This document shows, one piece after another, positions 40,752-50,849 of a DNA stretch of 64,000 nucleotides. The stretch's first letter is position 1; every line of letters starts with the position of its first letter. The stretch covers positions 14,276 through 78,275 of the forward strand of contig BEHE01000011.1 of NCBI GenBank assembly GCA_002898395.1, written 5' to 3'. This stretch comes from Candidatus Calditenuaceae archaeon HR02. GTDB taxonomy: Archaea > Thermoproteota > Nitrososphaeria_A > Caldarchaeales > Calditenuaceae. Made by a program: the position numbers and the translations under genes. The notes under the pieces are model-generated. The model searched no databases, had not been told where the DNA came from, and saw only the letters and a program-made list of their open reading frames with translations.

Positions 40752-41198
40752 TTGAGGCTCCGCGATGAATGGCTAGTGGTTAGGGTTAGTCTTAGCAGGC
40801 TTGAGGCAGTCTATCTCGTCGAGCTCCATAAAATGGCTGATGAAGCGCGGACGGGGACTAGCGCGCTCGCTGCCAGGTTTGGTGTGAAGGGGTCAAGCGT
40901 GGTAGATGTGGTTAAGAGGCTTGAGAAGAAGGGGCTAGTCGTTAGGGAGCCGTGGAGGTCGATATCCCTTACTAGGCGGGGGGAGGCGCTTGCCGAGCAG
41001 CTCATACACAACCACCGGGTCATAGAGACCTATTTCCACAGGGTTCTCAACCTCCCAGCCCAGCTCGCATGTAGTGAGGCCCAGAAACTCGACAGCCTCC
41101 TAAGCTGGAGAACCATAACCTCTATGTGCCGCGCCCTAAACTATCCTACAACATGTATACACGGCGAAAAGATAAAACATTATAGAAGGTGTAAGTAA
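40752..41198 (+). CDS. DtxR/MntR-family metal-dependent regulator
   Basis: HTH LAARFGVKGSSV, HNHRVIE, PTTCIHG. Confidence 0.88.
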   Translation: MRLRDEWLVVRVSLSRLEAVYLVELHKMADEARTGTSALAARFGVKGSSVVDVVKRLEKKGLVVREPWRSISLTRRGEALAEQLIHNHRVIETYFHRVLNLPAQLACSEAQKLDSLLSWRTITSMCRALNYPTTCIHGEKIKHYRRCK

Positions 41199-41204
41199 AA
41201 TCGG

Positions 41205-42275
41205 CTACTGCACAACCTTTCTGAGGCGCCGAGGCCTGTCCGGGTCAAGCCCCTTCTCCACCGCCGTATAATATGCGAGGAGCTGAAACGGGACAACCTC
41301 AACCGCGGTCGCCAACACGTGGGATATCCGCGGAAGAGTCACGTCGGCACCTAGCCCCCCGCCCTCGTGGGAGAGCATCATAATCTGCGAGCCTGATGAC
41401 AAAGCCTCAGTGGCCACCTTCTCGAAGACGTCTAAGTAGTCGCCGGGCTCCGGCGGCGTTATGAACATGCATGCCACATCACTATCCAATAGGGAGATAG
41501 GGCCGTGTCTGAACTCGCCTATCGAGTAGGCTTCCGCGTGTATTCCGCAGGTCTCCTTCAGCTTGAGTGATGCCTCGAGAGCCGCTATGTAGGAGGGGCC
41601 GTAGCCGAGGATAAACGCGTGCCTGACGCTTGCCAGCTTCTTGGCCTGCCTCTGCATAAGCTCCTCGGAGCGGTCTATTGTCTGTCCTAGGAGGCCGGGA
41701 AGCTTGGATAAGTCCTCTCTAAGCGAATCGGCTACAAGCCTAGCAGGGGCTAGGCCGAAGGCTAGGGAATAGACCGCTGCCAGCTGGGCCATGAAGCTCT
41801 TGGTGGCCGGAATAGCCCTCTCCACGCCACACTTAACCACGACCACGTAGCGGGCCAGAGACCCAAGCGTGCTGTCTGGAACGCTTGTCAAAGCTAGGAC
41901 GTCAACACCTTTCGCCGAAGCGAGCCGAGCTGCTCTAACCGTGTCCACGGATTCGCCCGACTGCGAGATGGCCACTAGGAGGTGGCCCCTTTGGAGAAAG
42001 TTGTGGACGTGCTCGGAGTACTCTGAAGCATGGACGGAGTAGGCCTCAATGCCTGCGATTCTCGAGGCAGCATAGCTTAGACAGAGGCCTGCATGGTGTG
42101 AGGAACCACTACTACATGTTATGATACGCCTATACCTTGCGCCTATCTCATCCGAAGGGACACCCATCACGCTAAGAGCCTCGAGCGTCTCACGGAACGC
42201 CGCAGGCCCCTCGCGAATCTCTCGTATCATGTAGTGGCTGGCCGTCAACTCCTCCACACTACCAGGGCCTGGCAC
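41205..42275 (-). CDS. Double SIS-domain protein (GlmS isomerase-like / glucosamine-6-P deaminase-like)
   Basis: SGSSHHA, ISQSGES.D, ATKSF, LKLKET, EFRHGP, DRPRRLRKVV; no glutaminase domain. Confidence 0.88.
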   Translation of the reverse strand: MPGPGSVEELTASHYMIREIREGPAAFRETLEALSVMGVPSDEIGARYRRIITCSSGSSHHAGLCLSYAASRIAGIEAYSVHASEYSEHVHNFLQRGHLLVAISQSGESVDTVRAARLASAKGVDVLALTSVPDSTLGSLARYVVVVKCGVERAIPATKSFMAQLAAVYSLAFGLAPARLVADSLREDLSKLPGLLGQTIDRSEELMQRQAKKLASVRHAFILGYGPSYIAALEASLKLKETCGIHAEAYSIGEFRHGPISLLDSDVACMFITPPEPGDYLDVFEKVATEALSSGSQIMMLSHEGGGLGADVTLPRISHVLATAVEVVPFQLLAYYTAVEKGLDPDRPRRLRKVVQ

Positions 42276-42295
42276 GGCCCTTAAATGACTGTTGC

Positions 42296-43462
42296 TCAGC
42301 GCCTCGTCTTCCGGAACTTCTCAACGTCCTCTTCTCTTATTGATATGCCCAGCCCTGGCTTTGTAGGCGGCTCAAACTCCCCGTTGGAGTGTTTGATCGC
42401 GTCCCCTGCTAATGCCTCCCTGAGCGGGTTAGGCCTGAGGTGGAACTCAATGATTGGCGAGTCGATTGTGAGGGCCGTGTGCAGGCTTGCGACGAATCCT
42501 ATCCCACCCGCCGAGTAGTGGGGTATCAGCGGGAGACCGTAGCTCCTCGCAAGTACACCTATCCTCAGCATCTCTGTTATCCCACCATTCCAGGCAGCGT
42601 CTGCCTGGACAATATCGACAGCGTATCTCGAGATAAGCTCCCTGAACTCGTGTACCGTGAAGGCGGTCTCATAGCCGGCTATCGGTACATCAAGCTGCGC
42701 CGCCAGCCTAGCACTTAGTTCGGGATAATCAGTGGATATCGGCTCTTCGAAGAAGATTATTCCCAGCTTCTCCAACTCCCTCCCCATTCTCAGGGCCTGG
42801 TTAAAATCGTAAACATTGTTGGCGTCCACGGCGATTTCGAGACCTCCACCGAACCTCTCATTCAAGGCTTTGAGACGCCTGATGTCCTCCTCAATGCTGA
42901 GGCCGCCGACCTTAATCTTGACAGTCTTGAAACCGCTCCTAACATATCCCTCAACCTCCTCAACCAGCCTTGGAATATCTTTGTCAGGCCTATAGTAGCC
43001 CCCCGTGATATACCCCTTCATCCTCCTAGAGTTTCCGCCGAGAAGCCTGTGGATCGGTGCCCCGAACTCCTTTCCAGCTAAGTCCCAGAGGGCGATGTCA
43101 ACCCCGCTCATCGCTGAGACCACTATCCCCCTCCTCCCAAGCCTGAAAGTGGCCTTGTACATCTTGTCCCATAGATGCCAAATGTTCGTCGACTCCTCAC
43201 CCCTAACTATCCGGCTCAAAACACTGTTGACGGTAACCGCCACGCTCTCAGGCGAACCATAGCCTATCGCCTCGCCAAACCCGACGCCTCCGTCAGAAGT
43301 CTCAACGCGGATGAGGCAAACCTCCATCGGATGCTCAGCCCCACCAACAACCGCCAGCGCGTCCCTCTCATAAAACTCCGTAAACTCCAAGACCTCACAG
43401 CCTACACTAGCAATCCTCAAGGCAAGGAGAGAAAAGCCCGGGGAAATTAAAACATTTTTCAC
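42296..43462 (-). CDS. Mandelate racemase/muconate lactonizing enzyme family protein
   Basis: SGVDIALWDL, KIKVG, VDAN, FEEP, GYE. Confidence 0.9.
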   Translation of the reverse strand: MKNVLISPGFSLLALRIASVGCEVLEFTEFYERDALAVVGGAEHPMEVCLIRVETSDGGVGFGEAIGYGSPESVAVTVNSVLSRIVRGEESTNIWHLWDKMYKATFRLGRRGIVVSAMSGVDIALWDLAGKEFGAPIHRLLGGNSRRMKGYITGGYYRPDKDIPRLVEEVEGYVRSGFKTVKIKVGGLSIEEDIRRLKALNERFGGGLEIAVDANNVYDFNQALRMGRELEKLGIIFFEEPISTDYPELSARLAAQLDVPIAGYETAFTVHEFRELISRYAVDIVQADAAWNGGITEMLRIGVLARSYGLPLIPHYSAGGIGFVASLHTALTIDSPIIEFHLRPNPLREALAGDAIKHSNGEFEPPTKPGLGISIREEDVEKFRKTRR

Positions 43463-43479
43463 GACTCTACGCTACAGGC

Positions 43480-44001
43480 TTGCGTGTGTTTAAATCCACG
43501 CCCTCATCAAGTCTACTTGTGGAGCTCAAGATCATCGGATACGTCAGGGTTGACGCTGATGATGAATATGTTAGGTCTCATGCAGGCACGGTGGTGGGTA
43601 GCATAGAGATCCTGCCCGAATACGAGGAGGCTCTAAACGGGCTGGAAGAGTACTCACACATATTCATAATATCGATTCTCCACAAGATACCGCCTGAGGG
43701 CAGGACTGTGTTGAAGGTGAGGCCGAGGAGGCTGCTGAGGATTGGGTTCAGGGAGAGGGAGGTGCCCCTTGTCGGCGTGTTTGCGTCAGACTCGCCTGCG
43801 AGGCCGAACCCGATAGGCCTAACACTCGTGAGGCTCCTCAAGCGCGAGGGGAGGGTCCTCAGGGTCGAGGGCCTAGACCTCTTCGACGGTACACCACTCG
43901 TCGACATAAAGCCCTACAAACCCGACTACAGGGTCGAGGAATACAACTGCCCAGACTGGGCAAAACTAGACTCCAACCCCCAACCCAACAAGAAAGACTA
44001 G
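43480..44001 (+). CDS. trmO: tRNA (N6-threonylcarbamoyladenosine37-N6)-methyltransferase TrmO/TsaA family
   Basis: GVFASDSPARPNPIGLT, GLDLFDGTPLVDIKPY. Confidence 0.88.
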   Translation: MRVFKSTPSSSLLVELKIIGYVRVDADDEYVRSHAGTVVGSIEILPEYEEALNGLEEYSHIFIISILHKIPPEGRTVLKVRPRRLLRIGFREREVPLVGVFASDSPARPNPIGLTLVRLLKREGRVLRVEGLDLFDGTPLVDIKPYKPDYRVEEYNCPDWAKLDSNPQPNKKD

Positions 44002-44076
44002 GACTCCCCCGCCAACCAGCCGCTCCGAGTTATCCAAAAATACCCCCAGCCCCACCACTCTACGCGGGGGCAGGAC

Positions 44077-44151
44077 GCTCCGGTAGTATAGCCCGGTCAA
44101 GTATGCGGGCCTCTCGAGCCCGAGACCCGGGTTCAAATCCCGGCCGGAGCA
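44077..44151 (+). tRNA. tRNA-Glu(CTC)
   Basis: GCTCCGG/CCGGAGC stem, CGGGC-CTCTCGA-GCCCG, GGTTCAAATCC. Confidence 0.95.
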
Positions 44152-44193
44152 TTAAAAGTTATTATTAATAAGCATGAGGAGATGAAGGAGTGA

Positions 44194-44326
44194 GTTTTCG
44201 TCTGTGCTTCATCATACTCCTGCCGATATCTCTCAGTAACATATTACAAATCTTCCAACAGTCCTTCCTTTCTCCTATCTCGTCCATATAATACCGTATA
44301 TTCTTTATCGAGAGTTCGATGAGACG
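44194..44326 (-). mobile_element. Short remnant of the same LAGLIDADG element, abutting tRNA-Glu
   Basis: Reverse complement aligns with about 29564-29695 (gtctcatcgaactc...gatgaagc.ca.acgaaaac). Confidence 0.8.
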
Positions 44327-44496
44327 CCGCTTTCGAGGTATCGACGTTCCGACGTAATCATGGAACTTCTGATGGGCTTTCTAAGTAGTGCTATTACAAA
44401 TGAAAATGGGGCAAAAATCTCAGAAGAACGGGAACCGTGTCGTCTTTTTGGTTTATTGGACAATATTTAATTAAGGGACTGCACGTTTGTTGGGAC

Positions 44497-45381
44497 ATGT
44501 GTAGGATGGTTGCGCTGAGTTTTCGCGGCGAGGCGTCTGAGACTGCGCGGGGGGTTCTCAAGCATCTTGTGGAGGCTTCGCGGAGTGATCCCTACCTTCG
44601 GGAGATTGCCGGTGATAGTAGGCACTGTCACGGCTACGGATACGTGGCGGCTCTTAGAAGAAAGGGTCTCTGGAGGGTCGTGTATGAGCGGTTTGACGCT
44701 GAGCCTACCTTAAGCGGCGAGGAGGCGTGTGAAGCTAACCTCGAAGCATTAGACTACTGTGTTAAGCGGCTCTCACAGACCGTTAAAGACGATGTGGAGG
44801 AGGCGATGATAGTTCTACACTCTAGGAGGACGCGCGGTGAGCCCCGTGGAGGTGTCGCAGCCCATCCTTTCCGGGAGGAGCTCATAATCACGGTCGAGGA
44901 CGGCCCCGAGCTAGCCGAGCTCTACCTCTCACACAATGGAGGGGTCAAGAAGGATATTTTGGCAGCACATCTAGGCATCGAAAACTACAAGCTCTACACA
45001 GACTCACACCTCTATCTAAAATACCTCGCAAAACACCTCGAGGGGGCCAGATACGAGGAAGCGCCTCAACTGGTCGCTCAGACAGTCTCAATTTCCAAGC
45101 CCCTCACAAAATCCGCATTAGACCTCTGCATACTACTTTACTCGCCGACCAAGGCCCCCATGCTTGCCGCAGCATCATATGTCGCAGAGAAGAATGACAG
45201 TGCACGCTGGAAATACTACGAACCCGTACTCATAGAGTCGAGAGGAATTACAGGATATATCTCAAGCACCATAAGAGACCTGGCTAGGAGCCAATGGCCC
45301 GAGATGAGGTTCATGGATGGCAGAGACGGCCTCGTCGTCCTGCTTAAACCAGATATGTTACAGATAATTGAAGTGCCTTAA
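44497..45381 (+). CDS. Class II (Ntn) glutamine amidotransferase-like protein
   Basis: MCRM N-terminal Cys, H.HGYG, LHSR, AHPF, SHNG, TDS. Confidence 0.8.
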   Translation: MCRMVALSFRGEASETARGVLKHLVEASRSDPYLREIAGDSRHCHGYGYVAALRRKGLWRVVYERFDAEPTLSGEEACEANLEALDYCVKRLSQTVKDDVEEAMIVLHSRRTRGEPRGGVAAHPFREELIITVEDGPELAELYLSHNGGVKKDILAAHLGIENYKLYTDSHLYLKYLAKHLEGARYEEAPQLVAQTVSISKPLTKSALDLCILLYSPTKAPMLAAASYVAEKNDSARWKYYEPVLIESRGITGYISSTIRDLARSQWPEMRFMDGRDGLVVLLKPDMLQIIEVP

Positions 45382-45459
45382 GCCCCCCGGTCAGAACTTA
45401 GGACTTTTGCAAGATCAATTAAGAAAAATTTATCTTACGCTGATTATCTGATAGAATTA

Positions 45460-46362
45460 ATGAAAATAGTTCCAAAGAATAAAGGGGTATTCACATTTAG
45501 CAGATTACATAGTCCTGTCTTAGAGGTTGACCTAGGGGAGACTCTCCTTCTTGAAACAGAAGACGCAGTTGGTGGGCAGGTCAAAGATGAGAGTACGCCA
45601 CTTGAAAAACTAGACTGGAGCAGGGTTAATAAAGCTACTGGGCCAATATACATTAGAGGGGTTAAGAGTGGGGATACACTCGTGGTGGACATTCTTGACA
45701 TCGAGGTCTCTTCGACTGGTGTTATACTCGTAGTTCCTGGGGCCGGGGCGCTGGGGAAGAAGGAATTCAAGCCAAGGGCAAAAATAGTTAGGATAAAGGA
45801 TGGCTTTGCCCATTTCGATGGAATAAGACTGAGGATAAGACCTATGGTGGGCACTATAGGTGTAGCTCCTGAGGGAGATGATTATCCCACGGGTGTGCCG
45901 TATAAGCACGGCGGGAACCTCGACTGTGTAGAAATATGTAGAGGTGCGAGACTATATCTACCCGTATTTATAGACGGTGCATTGTTTGCTGCAGGTGACT
46001 TACACGCAATCCAGGAGGATGGTGAGCTATGCGTCTCCTCAATCGAGGTGGAGGGGAAGATATTACTAAGATTTGAAGTGATAAAGGATGCGAGACCTGA
46101 GTGGCCGATAGTAGAGTATAATGATCACTTCTCAATCCTAGTAGCTGATGAGGACCTTGATAGAGCAGTAGAAATAGCGACGGAAGAGGCGGTGGGGGCG
46201 TTAATGAGGGCGAACAACTGGAGCTTTGAAGAGGCATACATGTTTAGCAGCATTGGGGTGAGGGTTGCGGTGAACCAGGTTGTAGATCCTAAAAAAGGTG
46301 TAAGAGTAATAATTCCGAAGGAGATAGTCTCTATTCAGCACTTACTCAAGAGAGAAGGGTAG
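45460..46362 (+). CDS. Acetamidase/formamidase family protein
   Basis: TGPIYI.G, PMVGTIGVAP, HGGNLD, GDLHA.Q.DGE. Confidence 0.9.
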   Translation: MKIVPKNKGVFTFSRLHSPVLEVDLGETLLLETEDAVGGQVKDESTPLEKLDWSRVNKATGPIYIRGVKSGDTLVVDILDIEVSSTGVILVVPGAGALGKKEFKPRAKIVRIKDGFAHFDGIRLRIRPMVGTIGVAPEGDDYPTGVPYKHGGNLDCVEICRGARLYLPVFIDGALFAAGDLHAIQEDGELCVSSIEVEGKILLRFEVIKDARPEWPIVEYNDHFSILVADEDLDRAVEIATEEAVGALMRANNWSFEEAYMFSSIGVRVAVNQVVDPKKGVRVIIPKEIVSIQHLLKREG

Positions 46363-46375
46363 GAGGCGCAGATAA

Positions 46376-47188
46376 TTGATAAACCAGATGTCGGACGAGG
46401 AAATAATCTCTGAAGCTATAAAGATTGTAAATGAGGGGGAAAAGCGTGGAGTCATACTCAGAATATTAGGTGCATTAGCTATACGGATACATTCAAACGG
46501 GCTTGAGGCCCTGCATAAAGGGCTTGGCCGGCTCGGGGAAAACACGAAAGGTTCTTTCACAGACATAGATTTGATAGGTTACTCCTCGCAGAGGGCCGGG
46601 GTGAGAGAACTAATGGAAAAGTATTTCTCATTTGTTATCTCTAGGCAGTTCCTCCTACTATATGGGAAGGAAAGACTTGTATATTATCACCCAGACAATC
46701 TATATCGTGTAGATATCTTCTTCGATAAGCTCTCATTCAGCCATGAAATTCAATTCAGAAAGAAGGGGAGTAGTAGGCTGGAGCTTGACAGTCCCACCAT
46801 AACGGTCTCGGACCTGCTCTTGGAAAAACTTCAGATACATCAAATAAATGAGAAAGACATTAAGGACATAATAGTGCTTTTAAGGGCGCATGATGTAGGC
46901 GAGGGAGAGGGGGATAGGATTAACCTGCAATATATCTCCAACATCTTGTGCGATGATTGGGGTTTCTGGATGGATGCGACAGAAAATCTGAGGAAGACCA
47001 TGAAATATGCAGAGAAATACTTTGAGCGGTCCTTAATTAGTCAGGAAGACTTAAGCGACGTAAATAATAAGTGCTTGAAGATTCTAGATTATTTAGAAGA
47101 ATGTCCAAAGACGAAGAACTGGGAGAAGCGGGCGAGGAAGGGTGTGAAAGAAAAGTATTGGAGGGAAGTAGAGGAACTCTACAGGTAG
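46376..47188 (+). CDS. Hypothetical nucleotidyltransferase-fold protein
   Basis: LRILGALA...TDIDL (G..DxD), VDIF, DLLLEKLQ..NEKDIKD. Confidence 0.6.
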   Translation: MINQMSDEEIISEAIKIVNEGEKRGVILRILGALAIRIHSNGLEALHKGLGRLGENTKGSFTDIDLIGYSSQRAGVRELMEKYFSFVISRQFLLLYGKERLVYYHPDNLYRVDIFFDKLSFSHEIQFRKKGSSRLELDSPTITVSDLLLEKLQIHQINEKDIKDIIVLLRAHDVGEGEGDRINLQYISNILCDDWGFWMDATENLRKTMKYAEKYFERSLISQEDLSDVNNKCLKILDYLEECPKTKNWEKRARKGVKEKYWREVEELYR

Positions 47189-47191
47189 ATC

Positions 47192-48157
47192 TTACCCCGC
47201 TGTGAAGATGTAGTCCTTGACTTTATTTTTCTCTAGTTGGATAAGCACCCCCCTCAGTATTCCTTCATGGTACTCGCTTCCAGGGTTAAAGCACATGGTT
47301 CTGCCGATCCTAGAGAACCCTCTCCCCTCATGGACATGTCCGTGGAGTCCAAGCAATGGCTGGTATGTTTCTATGTATTTCCTAACTGCCCGGCTCCCTA
47401 CTGGAGTCATTAATAACTGACCCCCCGGACCAACCCTTGGTCTTAGATCATCGTCTAGCTCGGGGGCGTAATCTATTCCAGAGTCAAATGGGGGTACGTG
47501 AATATTGTAAATGACTTCTGCCCCTGCATCGACCCTGCTCACCAGGCTAGCCATCTTAGATTCTATCTCTTCTTCAGGGATGTCTCTGGGGCACTTCCAC
47601 GGTGTGATGTTCGAGTATCCTAGACTAAGCACCTCCAGTCTATCTGATATCTGGATTACCTTCTCATTTGGGTTGATGATCACCTCGGATGAGTTTAGGA
47701 CCGGATCAATTACATAACTGTCATCGTTCCCAGGCATTACGAGGCATTTGACCCTTTTGCCTGCGAGCTTTCTCTCCGCAAACTCTACCCATCCTTGAAT
47801 AGACTCTATTATCAGGTCGTTAAAGATTTCATCCAGCTTCTCCTTCTCATTTATCAAGTTTTGCCACTCCTCTTTGCTTGTTATGAATGGATACGAGCCA
47901 GATGCCTTTATTCTATAGAGATGTTTCTCAAGCTCATCCTTACTATCCACAGAATAGGTCTCGTTGCCGGTCCTGAATTCATAGCTGCCTCCCCTATTAA
48001 ATATGGGTATGATGAATTTTCCTGTAATGTCTCCTCCCAATATAATTACATCACATTTATAGGCGTCTGCGGCGTTTATGAACTTCTTAAAACATAAATC
48101 GCTACCGTGAATGTCTGAGGCGAAAAATATTCTAATTCTGGTGTTGGACATTTTCAA
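47192..48157 (-). CDS. Icc-like metallophosphoesterase
   Basis: SDIHGS, GGDITGK, PGNDD, HVPP, LHGHVHE, NPGS. Confidence 0.88.
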   Translation of the reverse strand: MKMSNTRIRIFFASDIHGSDLCFKKFINAADAYKCDVIILGGDITGKFIIPIFNRGGSYEFRTGNETYSVDSKDELEKHLYRIKASGSYPFITSKEEWQNLINEKEKLDEIFNDLIIESIQGWVEFAERKLAGKRVKCLVMPGNDDSYVIDPVLNSSEVIINPNEKVIQISDRLEVLSLGYSNITPWKCPRDIPEEEIESKMASLVSRVDAGAEVIYNIHVPPFDSGIDYAPELDDDLRPRVGPGGQLLMTPVGSRAVRKYIETYQPLLGLHGHVHEGRGFSRIGRTMCFNPGSEYHEGILRGVLIQLEKNKVKDYIFTAG

Positions 48158-48159
48158 GC

Positions 48160-49716
48160 CTACTCGGGTGGTAGTTCTTTAAACGAGAGCTCTAGTGGTA
48201 ATCCCTTCTTGCGATGATACAGCGATGAGATGAAGTAGATAGCTATCCCTATTAAGAATAACCCTATGGTGAATGCGAGTATTGCTGGGTCTAGCTCGCC
48301 CACGAATGCCGGGGAAACACTTGCATATCCCAAGTAGATTGACAAAATTATTGATATTACCGCTAATATGTGTAGGATGGGCACTGGGCCTATCTTCGCC
48401 TTCACGATCGAGGGTGTTCTTTCCCATATGTCCCTCCTTCTGACGGGGAAGAGTAGAGCTGCTATTGAGGTGATTATCTGCATTATCATCCATCCAAAGA
48501 CTATGTAGGCAAAATACTGCAGGAGCGGAGTCCATAGCCACAGGGCTTGGAATATTATGGCGACGATTGTTACGAAGATTAAAGCAGCATAGGGTGTATG
48601 ATACTTCATGTCTACATTTGATAGGGCTGTGGGTACAACCCTGTCGAATGCCCACGCAAACACGAATCTTACCCCCGAAGCAACATATGTTAATATGGCG
48701 GCTAAAACCATCGCTCCCCAACCTATCATCATAATAGTGAATATGCGTGGGTCAACTGAGTATTGGAATAACCACATGAAGAATGGTTCTCTGGCCAGTG
48801 GGTATTTGTCGCTCCCAATCGCATACAGGTATGACAAGGCGCCGAGGAATTCCCCACCCATCCCTGCGTAAGAGACTTCATATGCCAGCCAGTCAATGAA
48901 TCCGAAGAGTAGGACAGCACCTACGATTGCAATTATTTGTGACTTGTGAACTTCTTTAATCTCGCCGGCGAGGTAGATTGAGAAGTTGAAGCCTAGGAAG
49001 TTGATGTAGGTGAATGTTAGTCCGAGGAGGGTGGCGATAGTTAAGAATGTGCCGGGGTACCCCTCCTTGACTGCCTCACTTATTATTGTGTCATATGAGA
49101 CGCCAGTAGCTTTCGCGAAGTTTGCAGCAAACCCGCTTTTGCCGGTAACAAGTAGTCCGCCCGCATAAATAACCAGGCCTATTAATACTAGTATGAAGAA
49201 GACCAATAGGACTCTCATTGTCGCCTTTGCTCCTCTCGATATTATTAGGGCGCAGATTAGATAGAATATTATTGCGAAGATGAATGTGAATTCATTTGAT
49301 GATACTGTTGATGCTAATTCGGGCATACCATTAACCTCGAATATGGGGGCCAATGTATATTGAGTGAACCATGGAATATACGCGCCGGCAACGCTCAGAA
49401 TCACCATGAATAAGAAAAAGTTGATGGCGTATCCTACTGAGGGGTGCAGTATTCTGCTTACCCAGATGTAGTCTCCGCCAGCTCTAGGCATGGCTATCGA
49501 GAACAGGGCGTAAAAGAGACCTATTACTATGCTTATTGGTATTGCAAGCAGTGCTGTAGCGGGGAGATGGGCCCCCGGATAAATTATTGATGCCCAGACA
49601 CCATAGACTAGTATTGCCATAGGAGCCATTACCATGATGTTGAAGATCATTGCGTCGAATGCTGAGATATTCCTTATGAGTCCTGAAGCCCTTCTTACGT
49701 AGACATCCCCGCTCAT
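48160..49716 (-). CDS. APC-family amino acid/polyamine permease
   Basis: YVRRASGLIR, MPRAGGDY.WVSR, R..FAWAFDR; about 12 TM. Confidence 0.88.
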   Translation of the reverse strand: MSGDVYVRRASGLIRNISAFDAMIFNIMVMAPMAILVYGVWASIIYPGAHLPATALLAIPISIVIGLFYALFSIAMPRAGGDYIWVSRILHPSVGYAINFFLFMVILSVAGAYIPWFTQYTLAPIFEVNGMPELASTVSSNEFTFIFAIIFYLICALIISRGAKATMRVLLVFFILVLIGLVIYAGGLLVTGKSGFAANFAKATGVSYDTIISEAVKEGYPGTFLTIATLLGLTFTYINFLGFNFSIYLAGEIKEVHKSQIIAIVGAVLLFGFIDWLAYEVSYAGMGGEFLGALSYLYAIGSDKYPLAREPFFMWLFQYSVDPRIFTIMMIGWGAMVLAAILTYVASGVRFVFAWAFDRVVPTALSNVDMKYHTPYAALIFVTIVAIIFQALWLWTPLLQYFAYIVFGWMIMQIITSIAALLFPVRRRDIWERTPSIVKAKIGPVPILHILAVISIILSIYLGYASVSPAFVGELDPAILAFTIGLFLIGIAIYFISSLYHRKKGLPLELSFKELPPE

Positions 49717-49798
49717 TATTCCACCTCTTCTAGTCTTGCGACCTTATGACAGCAGTATAACAGTATAAATACTTTACAGAGTTTTTAAATCGCTCATC

Positions 49799-50733
49799 CG
49801 CTCATCTTAACTTCGCAAGGGATTTATATATTCTCCTCGGGATTCGTTGGCCGTGGATCCTGAGGCCGTGAGGCTGGTCTTTCTCCCCGACAGGGATTAG
49901 TGCCTAGAATATCTCTGGAGGATTAGGTTTAGGGGAGGGCTTATGTGCGTTCATTGCGGCTCTTCTGAGGTAAGGAGGGGGTGGTAGGGACAAGAACGGT
50001 TATCAGGTATACGAGTGCGCTTCTTGTAAGAGGAAGTTCAACGACTTGACTGGAACAATATTCTCTAGGCATAAGCTGCATGTAGAGGAGATGTTCTACA
50101 TAGTCTTCTCCATGGAGGGGAAGAGCATAGGTCAGATAGCTAAGGAGCTTGCCTGAGCTTCGATAGGAAAGATCTTAGGAATGAGTGCCTGTTCTCGCAT
50201 TTGTTCAGGTGTATATCTTCATCTGCGTATCTCTCGGAGTGGTTTATCCTCATGTGATTTATCCCAATGGAATCCAACCTATCGTATGCAGGGTAGTTGT
50301 CAGTTATGATTACGCAATCTTTAGATGCCCTATATCTAATCTCTTCTACTCCCTGACTCATGTCACTGAGCAGAACGAACTCGGTCATCCCGTCTCTCCT
50401 CCTTACCAGCGTTAGCACGGGTGGCCTATCTTTTTCGTAACTTCCCCTACCCTTTACCGATAGTCCCCTCCTCCTAGGATTACCCTCCTTAACTCCCTTA
50501 TTCCCGGAATTCACGTAGATCTCGTCGGCCTCGCATATACCCTCTAGGGACAGCTTCCCTGACCTCTCGGCAAGTCTATGGACCTTCCTTCACGAATCTG
50601 AGTACAGATACGTAGCTCCTGGGGAGTGAGCAAGAGATACTTCCAAGGATACCTATCATTCCTAGCTCTACTAATCAACAGACCATTTGATTGGTTCTTT
50701 AACCTGTTATCCCTTGCGATCTTAAGATGAGCG
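49799..50733 (+). mobile_element. IS1595-family (ISXO2-like) element, inactive, with internal inversion
   Basis: 24-bp TIRs cgctcatcttaa(ct/ga)tcgcaaggga at 49799-49822 and 50710-50733; Zn ribbon CVHCGS..CASCKRKFNDLTGTIF on +; EADEIY, TDNYPAY, INHS, ENRHSFLR on -; GVSKRYFQGY on +. Confidence 0.88.
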
Positions 50734-50849
50734 ATTAAAATATTGTAAAGGTGTTGGCGGTGTGGAGGCTGTCCAGTCCTGAAACGCGATTTTGGTTTTG
50801 TGGAGGGAATATTTAGATAGCGGCTATTTTGTTGGCTTTGTAAAGGCGG

